A stretch of 64,000 bases of DNA from an uncultured Verrucomicrobiae bacterium (GTDB lineage Bacteria > Verrucomicrobiota > Verrucomicrobiia > Chthoniobacterales > Chthoniobacteraceae), in NCBI GenBank assembly GCA_963769025.1, contig CAVYKI010000009.1, forward strand, positions 32,001 to 96,000, read 5' to 3'. Positions within the stretch are counted from its first letter, which is position 1, and every line of letters begins with the position of its first letter. This document shows positions 8,829 through 18,796 of this stretch, piece after piece. The notes beneath the pieces are model-generated. The model had not been told where the DNA came from and made no database searches. It worked only from the letters and a program-made list of their open reading frames with translations. The translations under genes were made by a program, and so were the position numbers.

Positions 8829-9971
8829 CTACGGCAGCGCCGCAGATTCCAGTCGGAGTTTGTCGCCGGCTTCGCGCAGCACGATCATCGTCGAATCATC
8901 CAGCTTGCTGATGTGGACGGCACCGGAAAGCGCATCGAGGATCTCGATGCCCTCCGGCCCGGTCTGCTGCTTCACGTCGCGGCGCGCGGCCTTCTCGTTG
9001 ATCAGCTCCGGTTCCTTGCGATCAAGATAGGCGGTGCTCACGCGCACGCCCCAGAATTTCGACGGGCCGAAGAGCGGCTGGTGAAAGCGGTTCGTGTTCG
9101 TGACCACCCAGCTCTTGCCTTTGCTCTCGTAGATGAACATGTCCAGCGGCCGGTTTCCGGAACCGAGTTCCACGACGCTCGTGCCGCGGATGTTCGCGCC
9201 GGAGGCGATGTCATCCAGCGGAAATTTCGCGATCGGCGTGCATGCGAATGCGCCGACGACGCACAGTTTTCCCTGGTCGTCGTAGGGCACGAAGCTCTGG
9301 ATTGGCGCCTTCGTCTCCCATTTCTTGTGCGCGACGTGGTAGGTTTCCGCGCTGAAAATGGCGCCCGCCGAATCCGCGCCGAGCGGCAGCGGGATGGAAA
9401 ATATCTTGCTGCTGAATTCCTCGTTGCTCTGTCCCGTCACGAGCAGGCGGCCGCCGGCCGCCGCGAGATCCGAGATGTTGCGGATGGAGCCGGTCTCGCT
9501 TTTCGGGAGCGCGACTCGGACGTGCGGCAGTGCCGCGAGATCGAGCGCCTTCGCAGCGCCCGCCGCATCCGCCACCACGATGGCGACGGATTTCGCCGCG
9601 TTGTTGCGCACGGAGAAATAGACTTTGCCGCTCGCGGGATTCACCTCCATGTCCACGATTTGGATCTGATCCGCCGTCGTCTTCAGGGATCCGGCGATCA
9701 ATGCCGACGCATCCTCGACGGGCTTTGCGAGCTTCGCAGGACCGACCTTGTCGCCGACATCACCCGTCTCGACCGCGACGATGGCCGCAATCCCCGGCTC
9801 CGCGATGAGCAGCACGCCTCCGCTGCCAAAAGAGATCGGGCCGATGGACTTGAGCGCAGGATCCGCTTTCACGGAATTCTTCAGGGCGATGGCCTGCTTC
9901 GGAGTGGTCGCAGAATTGGCCAGCGGTGCTGCACAGAGGAGCGACGCGGCGATGAGGGGGAGCTGTTTCAT
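8829..9971 (-). CDS. Exported hypothetical protein, probable beta-propeller
   Basis: Signal peptide MKQLPLIAASLLCAAPLA; repeated beta-strand units (DMEVNPASGKVYFS, DLAAAGGRLLVT); motifs ETYHVAH, FACTP, ELGSGNRPLDM. Confidence 0.75.
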   Translation of the reverse strand: MKQLPLIAASLLCAAPLANSATTPKQAIALKNSVKADPALKSIGPISFGSGGVLLIAEPGIAAIVAVETGDVGDKVGPAKLAKPVEDASALIAGSLKTTADQIQIVDMEVNPASGKVYFSVRNNAAKSVAIVVADAAGAAKALDLAALPHVRVALPKSETGSIRNISDLAAAGGRLLVTGQSNEEFSSKIFSIPLPLGADSAGAIFSAETYHVAHKKWETKAPIQSFVPYDDQGKLCVVGAFACTPIAKFPLDDIASGANIRGTSVVELGSGNRPLDMFIYESKGKSWVVTNTNRFHQPLFGPSKFWGVRVSTAYLDRKEPELINEKAARRDVKQQTGPEGIEILDALSGAVHISKLDDSTMIVLREAGDKLRLESAALP

Positions 9972-10106
9972 GGGATGAAGAGGTGGGAGGTTGCCGGAAA
10001 AGAAGTGGCGGAAGCGCGCCGCCGGAACGGGCACGCTTCCGAGTGGGACAATGCGGATGAAGGTGAAAAGTTGGGAGAATCTTCGGCGCTGTTCCGGCGT
10101 CGAGCG

Positions 10107-10753
10107 TTACTCGATGGCGGGTGCGATGGGCTCGCCGAGGAACTTCGGTTTCGTCCGCAAGATGCAGACATCGGCGACCGCTTTCACGCGGGAGAGCCAT
10201 TCCCGGACGCGGGTTTTTCCGGACATGCTCCACGGCAAATCGGCGGAGCTTACGCCGAGCGCATCAAGGCCCGCTGCGGCTGCGAGGAAGAGCGCGCGCG
10301 GCTGGTGCCAGCCGTCGGTGACGACGATGATGTCGTGCAGGCCGAAGACCTCGCGGGCGCGGATCAGCGAATCCAGCGTGCGAAATCCCGCGTAGTCCAG
10401 CGTGATGGCGCGGGAGGGCACGCCGCGGGCGATGAGGGCATCGCGCATGGCGGTCGGTTCGTCGTAGTCGTGGCGCGAGTTGTCGCCGCTCACGAGCAGG
10501 TGCCGCACTTTTCCTGCGCGCCAGAGCTGCGCGGCGGCGTCCATGCGGTTTTCAAAGAAGGGATTCTTCCACGGGCCCACACGAGGAGCGGTGCCGAGGA
10601 CGAGCGCCACCGTGCGCGCGGGGACCTCCGTGCTTGCGAAAAATATGCGGGCGCGGTTTGAGGAGAGCAGCCAGCAATTGCAGGCGACGATGGCGAGCAA
10701 CAAGGCAAGCGAGGTCCAAATCAGGATGCGGAGGGGAGGCGCGGCTTTTTCAT
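10107..10753 (-). CDS. SanA/YdcF (DUF218) family membrane protein (1-bp indel near start)
   Basis: ALVLGT, LLVSGDN, YDEP, LDYAGFRTLDS, REWL; ATG at 10753 joins the frame if one C is added to a C run near 10733. Confidence 0.85.
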
Positions 10754-10792
10754 GCCTGCAATACGTGCAGGCCCCCGCGCTACTTTCACCGG

Positions 10793-11395
10793 CTACTCGC
10801 CGAGTTCCACATTCCAGTACGCGAAGTCCACGAAGTGTTTCCAGCTGTCGTGGTGCTCCGCACCGAACGTAAGGTGCGCGAAGGGTCGCCACTTTGGCCG
10901 CTCGGGCTTGCGGATGAGCTTCATGCGGGCTTGCTCGGGAGTGCGGTTGCCCTTGCGCGTATTGCACGCGATGCACGAGCAGACGATGTTTTCCCAAGTC
11001 ATCTGGCCGCCTCGGTCGCGGGGAAAGACGTGGTCGAGATTCAGGTCGCGGCGGTCGCAGGTGCGTCCGCAATACTGGCACGTGTTACGGTCGCGCTCGA
11101 AGATATTGTGGCGTGTGAATTTCACCTCCTTGCGCGGCATGCGGTCGAACAGCATGAGGACGATGACGGTGGGCAGGCGGATTTGGTACGCGACCGTCTG
11201 CACCATCTGCGAACCCGGCTCACGCTGCGAGAGGCTGCGCCAACTGTCGAAATCGTGCGTGGAAAAACTGCCGTCCTCGGCATGCACGACCTGCGCGTGG
11301 CCCTGGCAAAGAAGCGAAAAAGCCCTCCTGGCTGAGCAGACGTGAATCGCCTGCCACAGCCTGTTCAGAACAAGAACTGGACGGTTGAGGAGCAT
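10793..11395 (-). CDS. HNH endonuclease (McrA-like, Zn-finger)
   Basis: PVLVLN N-terminus; RDRNTCQYCG, LDHVFPRDRGG, WENIVCSCIACNTRK. Confidence 0.9.
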   Translation of the reverse strand: MLLNRPVLVLNRLWQAIHVCSARRAFSLLCQGHAQVVHAEDGSFSTHDFDSWRSLSQREPGSQMVQTVAYQIRLPTVIVLMLFDRMPRKEVKFTRHNIFERDRNTCQYCGRTCDRRDLNLDHVFPRDRGGQMTWENIVCSCIACNTRKGNRTPEQARMKLIRKPERPKWRPFAHLTFGAEHHDSWKHFVDFAYWNVELGE

Positions 11396-11588
11396 AAAGG
11401 GGTCCCCGAAGAGTGCGCGGAAGCTAGCGGCCAACCCTGATCCTGTCAACCGACGGTCCGTGCTGTGGATCGCCCCGATTTGCCGGGGTTCTGATGTTCG
11501 ACAACTCGGGACAAACCTGCCACCGGTTGGCCCGAACTGCCTTACGAAACCCCTGCTGGTTCCCCACGAAAAACAAACACGCCGCCGA

Positions 11589-13209
11589 ATGCCCGCGAAA
11601 CGTCTCAATCGCAACCATGTCCAGATAGTCGCCAGCGGCGACCTGCGTCTCACTGCCAATCAAGTGTGCTGGCCCGCTCAGGCGGCGATGGAAAAGGACG
11701 CTCGCGGCAGCGCTCAAGGCGGAGGGTTTCGACCGTGGTTCGCGCGCATCCTTTCAAGTCGAAGGAAAAGCACGGCTTCATCGCGAGCCAGCGCGAGGGG
11801 ATCGAGGTTTTCCGCAACGTGGATCCCGACGCGCCGCTCATCGTCGCCGAGGCGGTGTGGCAGTATTCGCATCACGTCCTTGCCGGACTCACGACGCATC
11901 GCGGGCCGATTCTGACCGTGGCGAATTGGAGCGGGCAGTGGCCGGGGCTCGTCGGCATGCTGAATCTGAACGGGTCGCTCACCAAGGCCGGCGTGCGCTA
12001 CTCGACGCTGTGGAGCGAGGATTTCACCGATGCGTTTTTCCTCGCGAAGCTGCGGCAATGGCTGAAGACCGGGCGCATCACGCACGACACGTCACACGCG
12101 CGGCCGATCGAGAAAGTGAAGGTGCCCGCCCGCGCGGCGAAGCTCGGCAAGCAACTCGCGGCGCAGCTCCGCGACGGGAAGGCGATCATGGGCGTGTTCG
12201 ACGAAGGCTGCATGGGGATGTTCAACGCCATCATCCCCGACCACGCGCTGCACGCGTGCGGCGTCTTCAAGGAGCGGCTCAGCCAGTCGGCGCTTTTCGC
12301 GGAGACGATGCGCGTGCCGGATGCCGAGGCCGATGCCGTGCGCGCGTGGATGGAGAAACGCGGGATGAAATTCCACACCGGCCCGAACCACTCGACCGAC
12401 CTCACCGACGCGCAGATCCTGCTGCAGTGCAAAATGTATGTCGCCGCCGTGCGGATCGCGGATGACTTCGGCTGCGACGCCATCGGCATCCAGTATCAGC
12501 AAGGGCTGAAGGATCTGCTGCCCGCGAGCGATCTCGTCGAAGGCACGCTGAACAACTCGGACCGCCCGCCGGTGCGAATCGCGCGACGGGAAGCGCGTGC
12601 TGTTCGCCGGCAAGCCCGCTCACGCATTTCAACGAAGTGGACGAGTGCGCCGGGCTCGACGGCCTGCTCACCCAGCGCGTCCATGCGGCGCTCGGGCAGC
12701 CCGTCGAGAACACGCTGCACGATGTGCGCTGGGGCGCGGAGTTTGGCGGCGAGTACGTGTGGGTGTTCCTCATCAGCGGCGCGGCTCCGCCGGCGCATTT
12801 CATCGGCGGATGGAAAGGCGCGGAAGGCTTCCGCCAGCCGGCGATGTATTTCCCGAATGGCGGCTCGACGCTTCGCGGCATCAGCAAGCCGGGCGAGATC
12901 GTCTGGTCGCGGATCTACGTCGAGGGCGAGGCGCTGCACATGGACATCGGGCGCGGCGGAGTCGTGACGCTGCCGCGCGAGGAGACGGAGCGCCGCTGGC
13001 AGGCGACCACGCCGCAATGGCCCATCATGCACGCCGTCACGTACGGCGTGTCCCGCGATCAGCTCATGGCGAAGCACCAGGCGAATCACATTCAGGTCGC
13101 CTACGCAAAGGACGCGAAGGCCGCGGACGAGTGCATGTTTGCCAAGGCTGCGTTTGCCCGGGCGCTTGGCATCCGCGTGAATGTCTGCGGCACGCTTCGC
13201 CGTCCGTGA
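11589..13209 (+). CDS. L-fucose/L-arabinose isomerase-like protein (frameshifts near 11700-11740 and 12590)
   Basis: [62 protein letters not shown]; reconstructed across frames. Confidence 0.7.
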
Positions 13210-13237
13210 AACCAGCGAGCTTTCACTTTTCCCATCC

Positions 13238-15175
13238 ATGAAAACACCGGCTCTCGCCATCCTCGCATTCATCGCCGCGCTGAATGCGCAACCGGCCACC
13301 GCACTCGAGCGGCTGCGATACAACAACCCGGGTCTGACCGTCGATCTCGGCGTCGGACTTTGGGCATGGCCGTTGCCGATGGATTTCAACGGCGACGGCG
13401 TGCTCGACCTCGTCGTCAACTGCTCCGACAAGCCATACAACGGCACCTACTTTTTCGAGAACGCCAGCGGCGACACGGCGAAGAACGCCATGCCGGTTTT
13501 CAAGGCGGGCCGCCGCATCAGCCAGGGCCGCTCGAACGTCCAGGTGAGCTACGTGGACGGCAGGCCGCGCGTGCTTTCGCCGGGCATGGAGTATCCCGAT
13601 TTCCTCGCGTCCGGTTTGGAGAAGGGGACCAAATTGCCCGTGAACGCGAAGGTCCATCCGAACAAGATCCGTGCGGACATGTGGCGCTACGTGGACTTCG
13701 ACGGCGACGGCAACGTGGACCTTATCGTCGGCGTCGGCGACTGGACGGCATACGGCTGGGACAATGCGTACGACGCGAGCGGCAAATGGACGAACGGGCC
13801 GTTGCGCGGTTTCGTTTACCTCCTGCGCAACACCGGCACGACAGCGGCGCCGATCTACGACAAGCCCGTGAAAGTGATGGCGGGTGACAAGCCCGTGGAG
13901 ACGTTCGGGTGGCCGTCGCCGAATTTTGCGGACTTCAAGAACAACGGGAAGCTCGACCTCATCTGCGGTGAGTTTCGCGACAGCTTCACGTATTTTGAAA
14001 ACACTGGTACGCGCACGGAGCCGAAGTATGCGCCGGGCCGGCAGCTCAAGTCGCCCGACGGCAAGGCGCTCACGATGGACTTGGAAATGATCACGCCGGT
14101 GGCGCTCGATTGGAACAAGGACGGCCACACGGATCTCATCGTCGGCGACGAGGACGGGCGCGTCGCGTTCATCGAGAACACCGGGAAAACTGCGGGCGAC
14201 GGAACGCCTCAATTTTTGCCGCCTCGGTATTTTCAGCAGGAAGCGGATGAGTTGAAATGCGGCGCGCTCGCCACGCCTGTCGGAGTGGATTGGGACGGCG
14301 ACGGCGCGATGGACATCGTGAGCGGCAACACCGCGGGCTACATCCTGTTTTTCAAAAACCTCAGTGCGCCCGGCGTGGAGAAACCGAAGTGGGCCGCGCC
14401 GAAGCATCTCGAAGCCGACGGCACGGTCATCCGTTTCATGGCGGGGGAGAACGGCAGCATCCAGGGCCCCGCCGAGGCGAAGTGGGGCTACACGACGCTC
14501 AGCGTGGCGGACTGGGACGGCGACGGGCTGCCGGATCTCGTCGTGAATTCCATTTTTGGGCGCGTCGTGTGGTTTAAAAACACCGGCACGCGCTCGCAGC
14601 CGAAGCTGGCGCCGGCGCAGCCGATCGAAGTCGAGTGGGAGGGCGCTCAGCCTTCGCTTGCATGGGGGTGGATGCGGCCCGAGGGCAAGGCGCTGCTCAC
14701 GCAATGGCGCACGACGCCCTTCGCCGTGGACTGGAATCGCGACGGGCTCAACGATCTGATCATGCTCGATCACGAGGGCTACCTCGCGTTCTTCGAGCGG
14801 GCGAAGCGCGGCGGCACACTCGTGCTGCTCCCGCCGAGGCGCGTGCTGTGCGACGAGAAGGGCGAGCCGCTCAAGCTGAGCAAGGGCACGGCCGGGAAGA
14901 GCGGGCGCCGGAAAATCTGCATCACGGATTGGGACGGCGACGGGAAGGCCGACATCCTGCTGAATTCTTCCAGCGCGAATTTTCTCCGGCAGGTCGTTGC
15001 GCGTGATGGGAAGTGGTTCTTCAAAGACGAGGGCCCGCTCGTGAAGGAAAACATCGAGGGGCACGACGTGAGCCCGACGATCGTGGATTTCAACGGCGAC
15101 GGCATTCCCGATTTCCTCGGGGGCGCGGAAGACGGGCGCTTTTACTACCTCCGGAATCCGCGCTCGGCAAAGTAG
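13238..15175 (+). CDS. Exported FG-GAP/VCBS repeat protein
   Basis: Signal peptide; many D-W/F-D/N-G-D-G-x-x-D-L Ca-binding repeats (DFNGDGVLDL, DWDGDGLPDL, DFNGDGIPDF). Confidence 0.9.
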   Translation: MKTPALAILAFIAALNAQPATALERLRYNNPGLTVDLGVGLWAWPLPMDFNGDGVLDLVVNCSDKPYNGTYFFENASGDTAKNAMPVFKAGRRISQGRSNVQVSYVDGRPRVLSPGMEYPDFLASGLEKGTKLPVNAKVHPNKIRADMWRYVDFDGDGNVDLIVGVGDWTAYGWDNAYDASGKWTNGPLRGFVYLLRNTGTTAAPIYDKPVKVMAGDKPVETFGWPSPNFADFKNNGKLDLICGEFRDSFTYFENTGTRTEPKYAPGRQLKSPDGKALTMDLEMITPVALDWNKDGHTDLIVGDEDGRVAFIENTGKTAGDGTPQFLPPRYFQQEADELKCGALATPVGVDWDGDGAMDIVSGNTAGYILFFKNLSAPGVEKPKWAAPKHLEADGTVIRFMAGENGSIQGPAEAKWGYTTLSVADWDGDGLPDLVVNSIFGRVVWFKNTGTRSQPKLAPAQPIEVEWEGAQPSLAWGWMRPEGKALLTQWRTTPFAVDWNRDGLNDLIMLDHEGYLAFFERAKRGGTLVLLPPRRVLCDEKGEPLKLSKGTAGKSGRRKICITDWDGDGKADILLNSSSANFLRQVVARDGKWFFKDEGPLVKENIEGHDVSPTIVDFNGDGIPDFLGGAEDGRFYYLRNPRSAK

Positions 15176-15202
15176 GCGGCGCGCGAATCGTCTCCCCGGC
15201 GC

Positions 15203-16441
15203 ATGAACACGAATCCTCCGTCCAGCGGCATGCGTTACGCGTGGTGCGTGGTGGCGCTGCTTTTCCCGGTCGCGCTGCTGAACTACCTCGATCGGCAGAT
15301 GCTCGCGACGATGAAGACCTCGATGGTCGGCGACATCCCGAGCATCGCGAACAAGGCGGATTGGGGGCTCGTGCTCGGGTGTTTCAAATGGACCTACGCG
15401 TTGCTCAGCCCCTTTGCGGGATTCATCGCGGATCGCGTGAGGCGGCGGCTGGTAATCGGCGCGAGCCTCTTTGTGTGGTCGGCGGTGACGTGGTGGACAG
15501 GGCACGTCACGACATTCCACGAACTGATGGGGGCGCGCGCTCTCATGGGCATCAGCGAGGCGTTTTACATCCCGGCGGCGCTGGCGCTGATCGCGGATTA
15601 CCACACCGGGCATACTCGCTCGCGCGCGATCGGGGTGCACCAGGCGGGCATTTACGTCGGGCAGATTCTCGGCGGCTTTGCGGGATACGCAGCGGACTCG
15701 CCGGACCACGGCTGGCGCTGGGCGTTCACGACATGCGGAATGATCGGCGTCATCTACGCGCTGCCGCTGCTGGCGCTGCTGCGCAATCCCGCGCGCCCCG
15801 CGGAAGACACCGTTTCGATCCCGCCCAGCGGCAACGTCTTTCGCGGCCTGCTCGGCAACCGCAATTTTCTGCTGCTTGTGCTCTATTTCACGCTGCCAGC
15901 CATCGCGGGTTGGGTCGTTCGCGACTGGATGCCGGACATCCTGAAGGAAAAATTCGGACTCGGCCAGGGCAAGGCCGGGGTGAGCGCGATTCTGTTCGTG
16001 CAGGTCGCGTCGATCGTCGGCGTGGTGATCGGCGGGACGCTTGCGGATCGCTGGATGCGGCACACGCCGCGAGGCCGAATCTTCACCAGCGCGATCGGGA
16101 TGGTGCTGTTCCTTCCAGCGCTCTTCAGCGTGGGAAATGCGGGGACGCTGCCGGTGGCGATCGCCGGACTCATCGTATTCGGTTTCGGCTGGGGATTTTT
16201 CGACTGCAACAACATGCCCATCCTCTGCCAGATCGCGCGGCCCGAGTGGCGGGCGACGGGCTACGGCATCATGAACATGGTCAGCATCAGCTTCGGCGGA
16301 TTGGGCGACTGGGCCTTTGGCGCGCTGCGCGATCGGAACGTGCCGCTGAATGTCATCTTCGGGGCGTTTGCCGGCGTCGCTCTGCTGTCGATCTTCATCG
16401 TGCTTCTCATCAAGCCACGCGAGGTGAAGACTTCCGCCTGA
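15203..16441 (+). CDS. MFS transporter (ACS-like sugar-acid family)
   Basis: LNYLDRQ, GFIADRVRRR, about 12 hydrophobic segments, GGTLADRW. Confidence 0.92.
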   Translation: MNTNPPSSGMRYAWCVVALLFPVALLNYLDRQMLATMKTSMVGDIPSIANKADWGLVLGCFKWTYALLSPFAGFIADRVRRRLVIGASLFVWSAVTWWTGHVTTFHELMGARALMGISEAFYIPAALALIADYHTGHTRSRAIGVHQAGIYVGQILGGFAGYAADSPDHGWRWAFTTCGMIGVIYALPLLALLRNPARPAEDTVSIPPSGNVFRGLLGNRNFLLLVLYFTLPAIAGWVVRDWMPDILKEKFGLGQGKAGVSAILFVQVASIVGVVIGGTLADRWMRHTPRGRIFTSAIGMVLFLPALFSVGNAGTLPVAIAGLIVFGFGWGFFDCNNMPILCQIARPEWRATGYGIMNMVSISFGGLGDWAFGALRDRNVPLNVIFGAFAGVALLSIFIVLLIKPREVKTSA

Positions 16442-16451
16442 GTTTCCTTCC

Positions 16452-17783
16452 ATGAAAATGCACCCCATCGCCCTCGCCATTGTTACGTCCGTGCTGGTCT
16501 TCATCGCTCCGACCCCGCGTGTCGTTGCGCAGGTGCCGGGCGGCTTTTCCGCAGTCTCGGCTACGGATGCGGACGCCCTTGCCGCTGCAAACTTCGCCGT
16601 CAAGGCGCACGACGCGAAGCTCACGTTCCAAGGAATCGCCAAAGTTCAAAGGCAGGTCGTGGCCGGGCTCAATTACAACCTGGCGATCAAAGTCTCGGAC
16701 AACGGTGCCAGCAGACTCGCCGATGCGGTCGTCTGGAAGAAGCTCGACGGAACGCACCAACTGACCTCGTGGAAGTGGGTCGATGCCGCACCTGCAAAGT
16801 CCGGTCTCTTGAAGTCGGAGTTCATCTACGAGAGCGCGACGTTTCCGAGTTGCCACGCGACGACGATCGCGGAGCCGGCGGCCCGGGGACTTGTCGCCGC
16901 GTGGTTTGGCGGAACGCGCGAAGGACATTCCGATGTCGGCATCTGGAGTTCGCGGCTGGAGGGCGGAAAGTGGACCGCGCCAGTCGAAGTTGCCAATGGC
17001 GTGCAGACCGACGGCACGCGGCACCCGTGTTGGAATCCCGTTCTTTTTCAGCCGAAGGGCGGACCGTTGCTTCTCTTCTACAAGGTCGGGCCGAGCCCGA
17101 GCAAATGGTGGGGCATGCTGCGCGATTCGACGGACGGCGGCCGAACGTGGAGCGATGCGCGCCGCCTTCCGGACGGCATCCTCGGCCCGATCAAAAACAA
17201 GCCCGTGCAGCTTGCGAATGGCGACATCCTTTCGCCGACAAGTTCCGAGCACGACGGCTGGCGCGTGCATTTCGAGCGAAGCACCGATGGCGGTGCGACA
17301 TGGATGAAGACCGAGGCGGTGAACGACGGGAGGAGCATCGGCGCGATCCAGCCGAGCATCCTGTTCGTCGGCGGGGAGAAACTTCTCGCGCTGGGAAGGA
17401 CGAAGCAGGCGCACATTTTCCAAATCGCTTCCGGCGATGGCGGGAAAACTTGGGGCGGAATGTCGCTGACCGAATTGCCGAATCCGAATTCCGGTACCGA
17501 CGCCGTGACGCTGAAGGACGGACGGCACCTGCTCGTCTATAATCACACCGCCAAGGGCCGCAGCCCGCTGAACCTCGCAATTTCAGGCGATGGCGTGAAG
17601 TGGGAGGCAGCACTCGCGCTGGAGACGGAGCCCGGCGAATACAGCTATCCCGCGATCATCCAGACGCGCGACGGGCTCGTGCACATCAGCTACACGTGGA
17701 AGCGCCAGCGCGTGCGCCACGTGGTGATCGATCCGGCGCAATTGGAGGCGCAGCCGATCGATGGCGGTGTCTGGCCGAAGTGA
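16452..17783 (+). CDS. Exported cystatin-domain / BNR-repeat sialidase-like fusion
   Basis: Signal peptide; PGG...QVVAGLNY (cystatin); SCHA, WFGGTREG, Asp-boxes STDGGRTW, STDGGATW, SGDGGKTW; EYSYP. Confidence 0.85.
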   Translation: MKMHPIALAIVTSVLVFIAPTPRVVAQVPGGFSAVSATDADALAAANFAVKAHDAKLTFQGIAKVQRQVVAGLNYNLAIKVSDNGASRLADAVVWKKLDGTHQLTSWKWVDAAPAKSGLLKSEFIYESATFPSCHATTIAEPAARGLVAAWFGGTREGHSDVGIWSSRLEGGKWTAPVEVANGVQTDGTRHPCWNPVLFQPKGGPLLLFYKVGPSPSKWWGMLRDSTDGGRTWSDARRLPDGILGPIKNKPVQLANGDILSPTSSEHDGWRVHFERSTDGGATWMKTEAVNDGRSIGAIQPSILFVGGEKLLALGRTKQAHIFQIASGDGGKTWGGMSLTELPNPNSGTDAVTLKDGRHLLVYNHTAKGRSPLNLAISGDGVKWEAALALETEPGEYSYPAIIQTRDGLVHISYTWKRQRVRHVVIDPAQLEAQPIDGGVWPK

Positions 17784-17805
17784 AGGTGCCGGGAGGAAAG
17801 ATGGT

Positions 17806-17829
17806 CCGCCTCTTTCAGTCGTCGGCTAC
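17806..17829 (-). repeat. Degenerate single arm of the GTAG REP family
   Basis: Minus strand GTAGCCGACGACTGAAAGAGGCGG, similar to 30740-30763. Confidence 0.6.
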
Positions 17830-18038
17830 AGCAGGCTCGTGTCGTCGCGTTTTTCGAGCCGCATGATCTGCTTCTTCACGACTTCGACGTTTTTCGTGAG
17901 CTCGAAGAGCGCCTTCACGATTTCCCCCTTCGTCGCGTCGTCGCCGAGGGCGTTGAGCAGCGGGTGGATTTTGGTGATGGCCGCGGATGCGGCGTTGCAG
18001 TGCTCGCGGATTTGCTGGCTGGCGGTGGCTCGGTCCAT
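17826..18038 (-). CDS. Small helical hypothetical protein
   Basis: 70-aa ORF with natural composition and amphipathic helices (MDRATASQQIREHC...). Confidence 0.65.
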   Translation of the reverse strand: MDRATASQQIREHCNAASAAITKIHPLLNALGDDATKGEIVKALFELTKNVEVVKKQIMRLEKRDDTSLL

Positions 18039-18076
18039 GGCGTGCATGGTGCGCGGAGCGTGCGCATCGGCAAGCC

Positions 18077-18105
18077 TTGAGCGCGGGCGATGCGCCGCGT
18101 AGGGT
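18077..18105 (+). promoter_or_regulatory. Putative sigma70 promoter (leaderless) of CoaB-like gene
   Basis: TTGAGC-17nt-TAGGGT, then 7 nt to ATG 18113. Confidence 0.55.
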
Positions 18106-18112
18106 CTGGCAA

Positions 18113-18757
18113 ATGCGTGTCATCGTAACGTGCGGGCCAAGTTTTGAGCCGATCGACGGCGTGCGCCGGCTGACGAATTTTTCCACGGGAGAACTCGGCC
18201 TGCTGCTCGCGGCGACGCTGAGCCGGGCCGGGCATGACGTGGTCTGCCTGAAGGGAGCGGGCGCGGTGTCGCATGTCGATCCGGGTGGTGCGCGGGTAAT
18301 GGGCTTTTCGACCAATGCGGACTTGCTCCGGCGTCTGCAGGAGATCCGCGAAGAGGGGAGCGGCGCGGTTTTTCATGCGGCGGCATTGTGTGACTACCGG
18401 GTGAAGTCGGTGCGCGGAAGTGATGGCGCGATCTTTAAGGCGGCGAAGGTGCCGTCGCGCGCCGGTGAACTGACCCTGACGTTGGAGCCCGCCGTGAAGC
18501 TGCTGTCCGAACTGCGCGGCATTTTCCCCGCCGCGCGGCTGGTGGGCTGGAAATATGAACTCGACGGGACGCCGGACGATGCGGTGCGGAAGGCGCGGGA
18601 GCAGTTGGCCGCGTGCCGCACGGATGCTTGCGTGGTGAATGGCGCGGCGTGGGGGGCGGGGTTCGGATTCATCGAGTCGGGCCTCGATCCGGTGCGCTTT
18701 GGAGACAAATCCGCTCTGTGCGCCTTCCTCTCGGAGTGGCTCGGCGCGGCAAAATAA
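18113..18757 (+). CDS. Phosphopantothenate--cysteine ligase-like (CoaB/DFP C-terminal domain only)
   Basis: VTCGPSFEPIDGVRRLTNFSTG, HAAALCDY, LVGWKYE. Confidence 0.85.
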   Translation: MRVIVTCGPSFEPIDGVRRLTNFSTGELGLLLAATLSRAGHDVVCLKGAGAVSHVDPGGARVMGFSTNADLLRRLQEIREEGSGAVFHAAALCDYRVKSVRGSDGAIFKAAKVPSRAGELTLTLEPAVKLLSELRGIFPAARLVGWKYELDGTPDDAVRKAREQLAACRTDACVVNGAAWGAGFGFIESGLDPVRFGDKSALCAFLSEWLGAAK

Positions 18758-18796
18758 AGGCACAACTTTTCGCGCATCTCTGGGTTGTATCGGCCA

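Noticed and set aside
10793..11588. HNH gene plus upstream non-coding region as an RNA-guided (IscB/Cas9-like) or mobile system
   Set aside because: Only 200 aa, no RuvC motifs, no repeat array, terminal repeats or evident structured RNA; matches the common stand-alone VLVLN-type HNH family
13223..16642. 1139-aa minus-strand ORF, and similar long ORFs at 8568-10661, 41017-42933, 58629-60926 and the 5' part of 54963-57521
   Set aside because: GC-rich antisense shadows of clear genes; Arg/His/Val-biased with no motifs
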